NCBI RefSeq assembly: GCF_902713615.1
Contig: NC_052154.1
Location: 37,128,322-37,192,321 of the forward strand
Direction of reading: 5' to 3'
Origin: Scyliorhinus canicula
Lineage: Eukaryota
Length of the DNA stretch: 64,000 nt
Positions 1 to 10,363 of this stretch are shown piece by piece. Position numbers and translations under genes: made by a program. Each line of letters opens with the position of its first letter. The stretch's first letter is position 1. The notes under the pieces are model-generated. The model made no database searches, was not told the DNA's origin, and saw nothing but the letters and a program-made list of their open reading frames with translations.

Positions 1-340
1 ATGAGACAGTAATCACAGTATCATAGGATTTTGATTAACTATGGAAAAGGGCAAGCAGCAACACAGGGAAAAAGTAATTAATTGGGGAGCCAGCATTGGT
101 GGGTGAGACTTGATCTGGCCCAGATAAATTGTAATCAAAGATCGATATGCAAAACTGGAACAAAACAATGGGCTGCCATCATAGAGGTATATTCTCACAA
201 GGAAAAAGGGTAGGACAAACAAATTCAGAGTTCCTGGGGTGATAGTGATTAAGATTAAAGCTCAAAAAGTATGCTCATGACATATATGATATGGAAAATA
301 TAACTGAGAACCAGGATGAATATAGAAAGTTCAGAGGAGT
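1..340 (+). mobile_element. Degraded CR1-type LINE ORF2 fragment (between EN and RT)
   Basis: A/G-rich sequence resembling the CR1 linker at 48240-48600 of this window; no intact ORF. Confidence 0.45.
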
Positions 341-342
341 GC

Positions 343-497
343 GGCGGCACGGTGGTTAGCATTACTGCCTCATGGCACTGAGGATCCGGGTTCAATCCTG
401 GCCCTGGGTCACTGTCTCTGTGGAGTTTTCACATTCTCCCTGTGTCTGCGTGGGTCTCACCCCCACAACTCAAATTGATGTGCAGGATAGGCAGATA
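343..497 (+). mobile_element. tRNA-derived SINE (HE1-like head/body), partial
   Basis: ggcggcacggtggttagc A-box region, ggttcaatcc B-box, gggtcactgtc body shared with about 20 other copies in the window. Confidence 0.8.
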
Positions 498-1284
498 TCC
501 CAACACAGATTAATCTTACAAAATATGCATAAAAACATCACCCAATACTATTATCAACACAATTTACGTCAGTGTTAAATCAACCTGGCCATTAGACGTT
601 ATACTGCACTATTATTACAATTGCCTGCTGTGTATCAAACATTGTAATTACATCCATATCTCTTTACATTTACTCTCGGCATGCAGTGCATGTACAGGAA
701 ATAAATTTAAAATTTGTACATGTAGTAAAATATGGCACCATAATTGTAATATGCTACTTGCTCAATTCTATGCAGCTTTCATCAGATCTGAAAACATGGC
801 ATCTATTGAGAGAGCATAAAGGTAAATCAAATTACAAATGAATGTTGAAAATTAGAGAAAAGAACTGCATAGACATGGAACAAATATATCAAAAATGCAT
901 AGTTAAAATGGGGTAAAAGAACTAAAGGTCAATGATACAAATGAAGAGAAGAGAAATGTGATGAAGAGAAACACAGCCCAAATTGGAGTGAAGCAAAAAC
1001 TATTATTTTGTGTTCCTTGGAAAATACTAATGGACTTTATAATCTGAAAGATAATGTATTTTTATGATGCAAATGCATATAGAACAGAAACAATCTTTAT
1101 ATAAAATAATAAACATTTTAAAATGTGAAAGAAAAATTCTAAGGATGCTATAATGATGGGACGCTTCCATCAGCTATTTATTAAAATGTTTGAGTTACAT
1201 CATTGCTGTTGTGGCATATTGTTACAGACAAAATTACTGCACTCAAAATATACTGTGAACTCTAAGATACAATAAAGTACTATA

Positions 1285-1475
1285 TTAATGTAAACCTTCT
1301 TGTGACTGCGTTTGAGGAGCTGTTCGTCGTGGGGGGTCGGGTGGAAAAGGAGGAAAATTTGTACAAACTGCATAGTTGATTGTTGGGAAGAATGTTTCCC
1401 GGGGTTTTATTTGCTGTAGCCTACTTTGATACAAGTTTGAATAAAATGCGTTTTTAGAAAAATAATGCAAACCTT
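1285..1475 (+). mobile_element. Short 3'-UTR fragment of a non-LTR (L1-like) element
   Basis: G-rich stretch, AATAAA and A-tail, flanked by taatgtaaacctt / taatgcaaacctt (13-bp TSD-like repeat, 1 mismatch). Confidence 0.5.
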
Positions 1476-1959
1476 ACTAAATAATGGTTAACATATTTGG
1501 AAAACTTGGTATTCAATCAGTATAGAATACAAAAGCAATTACAAAAATCTTGAACAAAAATAGTTCAATTTCTAATAGTTTTTCTCCCTGCAATAAAAAG
1601 ACCTAGATGCAGAAATAAAATGAGCACGCAAAATATGCAGAAAAAGGTATTAATCAACTTAAATACATGGACATTCTTCTGTTCTCTAGCTTTAAGCTGT
1701 TAAGGTTTCTGTTGGAAGGGAACAGGCAAAACAGTTCTTTTCTATAACTAAAATACAAAGGCATCTCACTACATCATTTCTGTTCTTTACACAACTGTAG
1801 TTTTATTACAGCTGAGACAAGATAAGTTGTTCCCAGTGGTTTTGCACTGCTTAAAAAAATCTACATCGAAGAAATTTGGTAAGATTATAGCTGAACTACA
1901 GTTGTTTCAGACATTTTGCTTCAATCCACCACAAAATAATTTCTCACTGCTGCCAGACC

Positions 1960-2536
1960 TGTATTATGGGCCAGGGTTTAGAGAACACCAAAGTATATCA
2001 TGAGTTCACCTGACCCACAACTTTTGATAGATTTTGGTTATGAGGAGCACAAGGGCCCACACTACAGGTGTGATGCAATAGAGATCTAACATATTTTTAA
2101 AACAAAACAATGTTTATTCTATGAATCCAGTTAACATTTTATAAACACAGTAAACATCTTATCAACTACCAACACTGACAATCCCCCAAAAAGATACAGT
2201 ACTCTATAGGTAACCCTTAGTGACTTTCCTCACAACATCCATAAGTCAAAAACCCTTTTTAACAGAGACGGTAGGTTTGAATTCTCTACAGAAAGTTATC
2301 ACTTTTAAATTATCAAGTGATCTAAACACCTTGTTTAGCATAGAGAGAGACACCAGTATACATCTGCTTGGTTTGAATGCAGCTCTCCAACTGAAAGCAA
2401 AACTAAAACACAGAGCCAAAAAAACTTCCAGTTCAAAACGCAAGTGAAAAGCAGAATCACATAACAGCTCCGCCCACACAATTACATCACTGCAGCCATT
2501 TGATAAAACACACTTTTCTTAGAGGGACATTCACAT
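1960..2536 (-). mobile_element. Probable solo LTR
   Basis: About 580-bp AT-rich block with TG/CA-like ends (tgtattatgggcc ... cacatg) and a poly(A) signal on the minus strand; one end is interrupted by a SINE. Confidence 0.5.
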
Positions 2537-2707
2537 GAAATGAAATGAAAATCGCTTATTGTCACGAGTAGGCTTCAATGAAGTTACTGTGAAAAGCCCC
2601 TAGTCGCCACATTCCGGCGCCTGTTCGGGGAGGCTGTTACGGGATTTGAACCGTGCTGCTGGCCTGCTTTCAAAGCCAGCGATTTAGCCCTGAGCTAAAC
2701 AGCCCCA
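2537..2707 (-). mobile_element. Short tRNA-derived SINE with (TTTCA)n tail
   Basis: Near-identical to 33788-33962. Reverse strand reads ggggctgtttagctcag...ggttcaaatcc...gtgacaataagcgattttcatttca. Confidence 0.85.
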
Positions 2708-3692
2708 GTACACATGCAGCATGGGATTGAAGTAGCCTGCCTGAATCGACCTCTAGATTAAATATACGGATTCTGAGATTCATTGATAATATCCTTAGCC
2801 CCTACTCTTAAATGCAAAATGTTTGCAAGTCACAATAGTTTAACATCAAATGTATTATTTCTATTGCCCTCATTCCAATTTGCCTGCCCAGTGCGAACAG
2901 CATGGATGAGATAAAATGGCAGTCAAACACTACTTCTGTATTCGTGATGTCCTCCTGCCATTGTTAAAATCGTTGTTTTAACTTCCACCTTTTGGGAATG
3001 TCAAGATCGTCCTCTGCAAGCAGGTGAGGCCATCATTAACACTGAAATGTTAATGTTGATGATGTAACTTGATATGGTTTTAACTGGGAACCACAGTGTG
3101 AGGCCCAGTGCTGAAACTGCAGTAATGCTAGCGACAAACACAATCCAGGGCCCTAAATGGTCCAGGTTAAGCAGCATCTAAAAACATTGCAATGTGTACT
3201 TCTAGATGAGGAGGAACAGAGCTCCTCAAGGAAACCTCGAACGTAATGCAATGTGCAACGTGTTGCCAATACTGGAGCTGAGAGACTTTATTTTGTGATG
3301 AGGCAGTACTTTGGAGGAACAGGAGGCTGCTGACATCCTTAATCACTCTGGCCACACCTGTTTCGTTTGGCTCACTGGAGCACTCTTCCAGATGGAGGAA
3401 AAAATGCAGCTCTCCAATCAAATACTACTCCAGTCAAGGGCTGGGGATTTTGTTGGCTTTCACAACAAAAATATTGTATTTCACGTTGACGCAAATGCAA
3501 GACACGATTGTCCCTGCCCACCCCACTCCCGTCAGTGGCAGCCCGTGTTTCCTGCTGTTCAATGTCAGGAAACTCATTGTAATACAGTAGTGTATCATAA
3601 AGAGGCCCATACACCGGAATCAGACCCTTCCCGTCAAATAATGCACCAATGGTGGCATGCTGTCAAAACAGCACAATGCACAACTAGTATTC

Positions 3693-4029
3693 GGGTGGTA
3701 TGGTGGCACAGTGGTTAGCACTGCTGCCTCACAGTTCCAGAGACCCAGGTTCAATTCTGGCCTTGGGTGACAATCTGTGTGGAGTTTGTACTTTCCCCCT
3801 ATGCCTGCATGGGTTTCCTCTGGGAGCACCAGGCTCCCACAGTCCAAAGATGTGCAGGTTCGGTGGATTGGCCATCCTAAATTTCCCCTTGGTATCCAAA
3901 AAATGTTAGGTGGGGTTACTGGGTTACGGGGATTGGGTGGAGGCGTGAGCTTAAGGAAGGGTGCTCTTTCCAAGGGCCGGTGCAGTCTCGATGGGCCAAA
4001 TGGCCACTTTCTGCATGGCAAATTCTATG
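3693..4029 (+). mobile_element. HE1-like SINE, full length
   Basis: tRNA head, cccacagtccaaagatgtgcagg core, CR1-like 3' end. Confidence 0.85.
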
Positions 4030-4134
4030 AAAAGGCATGCACCTAGTGAGCAGAACTCCAAGGTAAGCTCAGAGGTAAGTTATGTGCTCACAGAGCAGCC
4101 CCATGTCCTCAGCAAGGAGAGGAGTGTAAGAAGG

Positions 4135-4410
4135 TGAGTCAGGGGAGGAATTGACTCAGGGGGCACAAAGGTGGAGTCGGGGAGAACAGTGGTTGCGTCA
4201 AAGGGGAACAGGGCTCGAGTCGGGGAGTCATGGGGAACAGGGGTTGTGTGTCTAGGGAGAACAGAACTTGCAACGGGGAGTCGACGGGAACAGGAGTTGT
4301 ATCTAAGGGGAACAGGGCTCGTGTTGGGTGGAGGACGGAGATGAAAACCAGGCTCGATCAGGTTTGGTGGGTGAGGGCCAGGGCCCCGAGTTTGGAGAGG
4401 GGGGGGGAGA
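4135..4410 (+). repeat. Degenerate G-rich tandem repeat (about 30-35 bp, ggggaacagggctcgagtcggggag)
   Basis: Repeated gggaacagg motif; resumes at about 4715-4890 after a SINE. Confidence 0.55.
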
Positions 4411-4411
4411 A

Positions 4412-4712
4412 CGGGACACGGTGGCACAGTGGTTAGCGCTGCCGTCTTATAGCACCAGAGACCCTGGTTTGATTCCGACCACAGGTGACTGTGCGGAGTT
4501 TGCACGTTCTCCCTGTATCTGCATGGGTTTCCTCTGGGTGCTCCGGTTTCCTCCCACAGTCCAAAGATGTGCAGGTTAGGTGGATTGGCCACGCTAAATT
4601 GCCCTTCAGGGTGGGGATGCAGGAATAGGGCAGGGGATTGGGCCTCAGTAAGGTGTTCTTTCGAAGGATCGGTGCAGACTCAATGGGCCGAATGGCCTCA
4701 TTCTGCACTGTC
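4412..4712 (+). mobile_element. HE1-like SINE
   Basis: Same head, core and tail as the other copies. Confidence 0.85.
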
Positions 4713-5747
4713 AGGACTCTGAGTTGGGTGGAGGTGAAATTGGGGTCGAGTCGGGGGAGTGGGGGGGGGGGGGGGTGTAAGGAAAGTGGTTGAGGATTGG
4801 GGAATGGGGGAGCGAGTAAGGAGATTGGGGGAATGAGTCAGGGAGGGGAGAGGGGATTCGGGGGGCAGGGCTGTCGGATGTGGAACAGAGGATTCACAGG
4901 TAAGCAGGTTTCCGAGGATGCCTTCTGCGGCCAGGCTACGGGCTTCTTGGAAAGAACTGCACAAAGGAGAGGAGCCTGCAGCACAGGCTTATTGTGCAGA
5001 GGGAAAAGAAGGGAAGTGAAGCCTAGGACATGAGCTTCTTGGAAGGGCAGTGCAGAGAAAAGAGAAGCCTTGGGCTTCAGTGTAATGGGGGTGGTGAGTC
5101 AACATAGAGTGAAGGTGGATGCCGCTGGAAGTAGGATGTTGAAAAGGGTACGGCTAATGGAAAAATTTGGCAATAATCAGTGACCCATTGTAGCTGAGAC
5201 CGTTCAGTTTGAACTCAATTGGAGTCAAACTAGTCATGCAATTGTGCTCACTCAAGCAGCCACTTACGTATGAGAGTGTCACTGATTGCTGCTCAGCATT
5301 TCACCCTTGGCGCACAGATTCCCAAAATCGATGACTGCCATGGTTTGCCTATACCACTGTCTGACTGGGCAAGCAACTATACCTTCTTCCAAAGGTGGCA
5401 ATGGCACACTGCCCAAGGAGAATGCTCAATTCTGTGCTGAAATGCCTATTTACTAGTCTCCATAGACCAAGTTGAGCACAAGGCCTTGGATTGAAGCTTA
5501 GTAAAATGCCATAGCTAGGGATGAGAGTTCAGGAGTATGGCCAAAGCTGTCGGCCTTCGATCACGTGGTGTTAGGTAGGGATATTGTAACATCTTGTTTA
5601 ACCAGAATGCGAACTAAGGACTGGACATCAATAATGTGGCGAGGCCATGAGACTGTGGATTAAGATGATAAATGGACAAAGGGTGGTCCTTAGGAGATAA
5701 ATGGTAACCGGCAAGATTCTTTCTTTGATACTGAAGGCCGTCACGAA

Positions 5748-6903
5748 TAGGGAGCCTGGGTGATCTCTCCGTCAGTCCATTCACTCAGAGGCAGGAGAGA
5801 AGATGCCAATGCGCCATATGCTTCGGCAAAGGCAGGAACAGAACCGTCAAGAGAAAGGGGTAGCAAGGCCTTATGCGCGCACACATGGTGAATCGCAGAG
5901 AACCCTTGCTTGGAGGCACACATACCTGCAGATGTCCAAGAACTAGCGTCGCCATAGGCGACGCATGGCCAGTGAATTAGTTGGTCATGTTTGCTACCTG
6001 CTGCATAAATTTTCACCACAGGGACTTGGAGGGTATCCACTGACAGTGTTGCTGAAAGTGATTGTGGCACTCAATTTGTAGGCTGGTGGATCCTTCCAGG
6101 GCTCCAGAGCTCTGTGGGATTTTGCAAGCCTTCATAGAAAGCATGAGCAATGGGATTTCCACAGCTGCAGGATGCAAATGACTGTACTCACATTGCATTC
6201 AGTTCTATAGCATCAAGCAGTCAACCACTTGAATCGCAAGGGCTTCCACTCGCTGAATGTTCAACTTTTTAAAAAAATACAAATTTAGAGTACCCAATTC
6301 ATTTTTCCAATTAAAGGGCAATTTAGTGTGGCCAATCCACCTACCCTGCACATCTTTGGGTTGTGGGGGCGAAACCCACGAAAACACGGGGAGAATGTGC
6401 AACTCCACACGGACAGTGACCCAGAGCCGGGATCGAACCTAGGACCTCGGCGCCATGAGGCAACAGGACTAACCCACTGCCCCACTGTGCTGCCCTCTGA
6501 ATGTTCAACTTGTCTCCCATCATACCAAACACATTCTGTCGGTGTGTTCTCAATTCCCAGGGAGTGTGCACACCTCTGCACTCTCAGCTGCTCTCAGGTT
6601 CCTGGGCCTGTCTGGTAGAAACCAGCAATAAATTCCACGTAAGGTATCATGCATCCTCATTGCCTGCTGTGCCCTACACAATCTGGAGCTACAAATGGGG
6701 GAGGAACTGCCTGAGGAGGAGATGGAGGAGCCATCAGGTCTCCTCTGATGAGGACTCATTGAAGGGCATGAAGCTGAGGAGATCCTTGGTGGCGAGTATG
6801 TCAACTATGAGGCAATGGCGATGTCCTGGCGAGGCAAATGAGCTCGGGCTGTGATGCGCTCATTGCCACAAGATTCATGGAGGGTGATGAAGACATGAAG
6901 TGA
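5748..6903 (+). pseudogene. PIF/Harbinger transposase (HARBI1-like, DDE_Tnp_4) pseudogene
   Basis: Manual translation across stops and frameshifts: TYLQMSKN*RRHRRRMASELVGHVCYLL..GYPLTVLLKVIVALNL*AGGSFQG, GFPQLQDANDCTHIAF, NRKGFHSLNVQL|VSHHTKHILSVCSQFPGSVH, ILIACCALHNL, acidic tail. These are the canonical Harbinger DxTH, NRKG.HSLNVQ, PGS.HD and CC.LHN motifs. Confidence 0.88.
6268..6496 (-). mobile_element. SINE inserted in the Harbinger transposase
   Basis: Perfect 15-bp TSD ctgaatgttcaactt at 6253-6267 and 6497-6511. Confidence 0.92.
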
Positions 6904-6949
6904 CTACATCCCATTATGTTCACATGGCATCTGTGAGCATTGCACTTGC

Positions 6950-8560
6950 ATCTAACTGATGGTAGTGCACATACCTCGGTGATCAGGCTTCTGTAATAGA
7001 ACAGCAATGGTTTTCCCATGGTCCCTGTATTCCACAAAGATGATGGTGACTTGCAGAGTACAGGATGGAAGTCTTGCGTCAAGTTCTCTACTGTGGCTGC
7101 CACCCTACCAATGTTGACTTTGGTGTGCTGACCTATTGGCACATTCGCCTCAAACCGAAGGCGAACGGACTTCTCCATGCAGCCTTCAATCCAAGGAATT
7201 CAGCAGACTCTTTGGAGCTCCAGCAACGGAGGTATGACGTAGTCCAGAAACTCTCGATTTGACTCCGATTCAGCAGATTCCTGGCCTCCAGCAATTGTCC
7301 AAGTGCCAGCACCCTTGGTTGCCCCTGCCTCTGCCTGCTGTCGATGTTAAGTACATTGTGGTATTCTCACTCGTTTATGACTCCAAGACAACTCAAAAAC
7401 TAGGTCTCATCAAGGTGTACGTCTCTGCACTGGTGGAGGTTGTGGGTAGGCGCTGTGACAGGTTTTTCATTGAGGGCTCTGAGAAACCACGGTCCATGCT
7501 GCTCTCGTAGCTGCCATCAAGACCTGACTGGTGGACCTCCTAACCTCTTCCCAGATGTTCCTCCAAAAGAAAGTGGAGGTCATTTGTGCATGACAGGGGC
7601 CTGTGAAACAGCAGGCATGACTGACAACATGATAGTCTGATGAATGCTACAGTGCTGGCTCCTCACTTGGTTGATCACTGCCAGCAAAACACTCAATCTT
7701 CAAAGTCCGTGAGAAACTTCAGTTCTGCCATTCCTCCACCAGTCTGGGGTCTCTCCCACGTGTGCCAGCTTGTCCGGCATGAAGACAGATGAGGGAGACC
7801 GTACGCAGGACACCTGCCAGGTCAGATGATAAGGTGCATGACACATGTGGGTGCTGAGTGGGGCCATGAACAAGATGAGGACATGACCTGCAGGGGAGAT
7901 GGAGGTGTGTGCAGGAGAGTGAGTGGTGGCTTCCCTTGAGCTGGCATTTAGTGACATCCCTGCGGATGTGTGATGAGTCTGTGAGTTGAGTGTAACAAGA
8001 GGAGTGACTTACCCTGGCGGAACTGGGGAGATCATTCATCCTCTTCCTCTCAATTTGTTTTAAATTCATTTTTACGGGATGTGGCCTTCACTGGCTAGGC
8101 CAGCATTTGTTGCCCATCCCTAATTGCGCCTGTGAAGGTGATGGAGAGCTCCCTTCTTGAACCACTGCAGGCCATGGGTTGTAGGTACACCCACTGTGCT
8201 ATTAGGGAGGGAGTTGCAGGAATTTTATCCAGTGAGGGTGAAGGAATGGCGATATATTTCCAAGTCAGGATGGTGTGTGGCTTCTAGGAGTATTTGCAGG
8301 TGGTGGTGTTTTCATGTATCTGCTGCCCTTGTCCTTCTAGATGGTAGTGGTCATGGGGTTTGAAAGGTGCTGGTTGTCCTCTTCTGAATGGCATTGGCAC
8401 TCACCACCACTGTCACTGCCTCCCATGTTGGATTTGTTACCTTACTGTCAGTTTTTCATGTAGAGAGCAGATAGATGACACCATGACAGGCCTCCACTGT
8501 GTCAAGCAGTTGCTCCAAGGAGGCCGAGAACTTTGGTGCAGAGTGTTTCCTGCCAGGCAT
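6950..8560 (-). pseudogene. Harbinger Myb/SANT-like DNA-binding protein pseudogene (multi-exon)
   Basis: From ATG at 8560: MPGRKHSAPKFSASLEQLLDTVEA..SKVTNPTWEAVTVVVSANAIQKRT [CR1 insert] RKRMNDLPSSAR, then GTAAGT donor at 8012. Second exon at about 7775-7660 (DKLAH..RPQTGGGMAELKFLTDFE). Trihelix/Myb pattern with the TGGG motif. The 3' boundary is approximate. Confidence 0.82.
8053..8370 (-). mobile_element. 3' fragment of a CR1/L2-group LINE inside the Myb exon
   Basis: Homologous to 37390-37690 (same strand) and 29150-29450 (opposite strand). Confidence 0.75.
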
Positions 8561-8794
8561 CACTTCCTGATGAAATCCTTAGTGTGGCTGCTGTGCACTG
8601 CAGAGGTCTTTAAATATGGCACCCGGATCATTGAAATGCTGATGTAATGGAGGATGGGCAAATCAAAGGCTGCCTGCCAGTGATGCGGCTTGGAAGCTGT
8701 GTCTGCAAGTTTTCTTGACTAAGTGCCACAATAAGTCACCGTTGGCGTTCAAAACATCGTTTTTCCCACCCAAAATAGTACTTCGCAAATATCA

Positions 8795-8809
8795 GAGATG
8801 ATTCCGCCC
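8795..8809 (-). repeat. Right terminal inverted repeat of the Harbinger element
   Basis: gagatgattccgccc resembles the gagaatttcgccc / gagaatccagccc TIRs of the non-autonomous elements in this window; about 250 bp upstream of the Myb ATG. Confidence 0.6.
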
Positions 8810-9779
8810 AAGTTCAAAAGTGAGACACCAGAAAAACTGAGGGTGGCCAGGCACATCACTGCTGGTCTCTCTCTGTTCTACTGACTTTTTCATTTCCAAA
8901 GGCAACAGCAAGTCTTTTAAATTATCCCATTATTCCTAGCTCCTGCCTCTTTCCCAAGCCTTATGCCCCTAATTGGGTGCCAAATCCAGCTTTGGGTTAA
9001 TTAATGGTAGACACTTTGAAAATTGTCATGCATCATTGACGCAATGCGTAGCTAAAGCTAGATCCCAGAAATGCTGCTGTGATCATGTTCCCAACACCAG
9101 AATTAAATTTAATTCTTAGTTCTGGCCCACTCGCTTGGGTCCACGGTGAGTCTCTTGTCAACTGAGATCCCAGTCGTCGCTGGATTCTGTGCCACCCCTG
9201 CGGCTTTGGGCAGGAGTGAGCATGACAACATTTAATGAGGCATGTAAGTTATGCATGGGCCTCAATGCTGGCACTGCGATGGCCAGCTAACTCTCATTCA
9301 CATCCTCCATTCCCACCTAAGATCAAATCAGTTCTTATATTTCTCAGCACACCAATAGCCATACAGTATATTTAGACCGACTGACAGGAAATGCACTTAA
9401 TTTTAAAGTCATATTTTGACTTCAATCTGAAATATATGAATGTGTACAGCTATTCTCGAAACTGGATTTTTTTTTCCAGTTATTTTTCACAGTGCTCTAA
9501 ACTCTCAAAAACAGATTTTTAAAACGGATAGCAGTTTCAGAGAGGACAACAACTGAACTCCAGACCTTGACATTGCTGAGAACATGTCATTCCATATTAG
9601 CAATAAAGCAGATCCCAAACCTCAACTGTGAAATAGCTGGAAAAGGAAATGGTCTAGTTTCTAGCCTTCTACCCAACTCTATTCCTCCGGCCCACCCACA
9701 ATTAACTCTTCCTCCAAAGAATGCTCAAGTGGCGATTTTCCGTGTACAGACCCAAAGTACTCAAACTCTCCTCATTATA

Positions 9780-10010
9780 AAATCCCTCCACAGATGGGAT
9801 CAACCTTCACTGGACTGCCTCTAATGGCAATGTATCTTTCCTTCGATGAAAGGACCAATACAGTTCACAGTAACCCAGATGTGGTCAAACTAGTGCCGTG
9901 TTTAGTTTTAATATGATATCCTTACTTGTATACTCCATTCTGTTTGAAACAAAGGACAATATTCCATTTGCCTTTCCAATTACCTGCTGAGCTTGCATGT
10001 TAGCATATGC
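9780..10010 (-). mobile_element. CR1 ORF2 C-terminal fragment
   Basis: MQAQQVIGKANGILSFVSNRMEYTSKDIILKLNTALV parallels ORF 11957-12523. Confidence 0.8.
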
Positions 10011-10039
10011 AGTCTTTCTCCATTTAAAGGACTGGAGAA

Positions 10040-10233
10040 CCAGGCTGGCCCGGAGAATATGGTCCCAGCCGCCAAGTGGATGCAAATAAGGTAGGCACGG
10101 GGCGCAAACCTTGATCCCAAAGCCAGGAGGGGGCCGGAGCATCGGAAATGGCGCCGATTCCATTTTCTTCACTACTCCGGAATTCTCCGCTTCAAACTCC
10201 TCTACTGGCAGCGCGAGGTGGAGAATTTCACCC
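10040..10233. mobile_element. Partial Harbinger-type MITE
   Basis: CpG-rich; ends in ggagaatttcaccc (10220-10233). Left TIR not seen. Confidence 0.55.
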
Positions 10234-10363
10234 ACGGCATAGTTTTAAGTGGGTTTAATTTAATGTTTCTGTGCCTGGAAGGGTAAAAACCTACAGCTAG
10301 ATTAATGCAGGGCAACAGCATTTGTACGCGTGTGGGGGTTGGTTTCAATCCCCACTGTGATTC

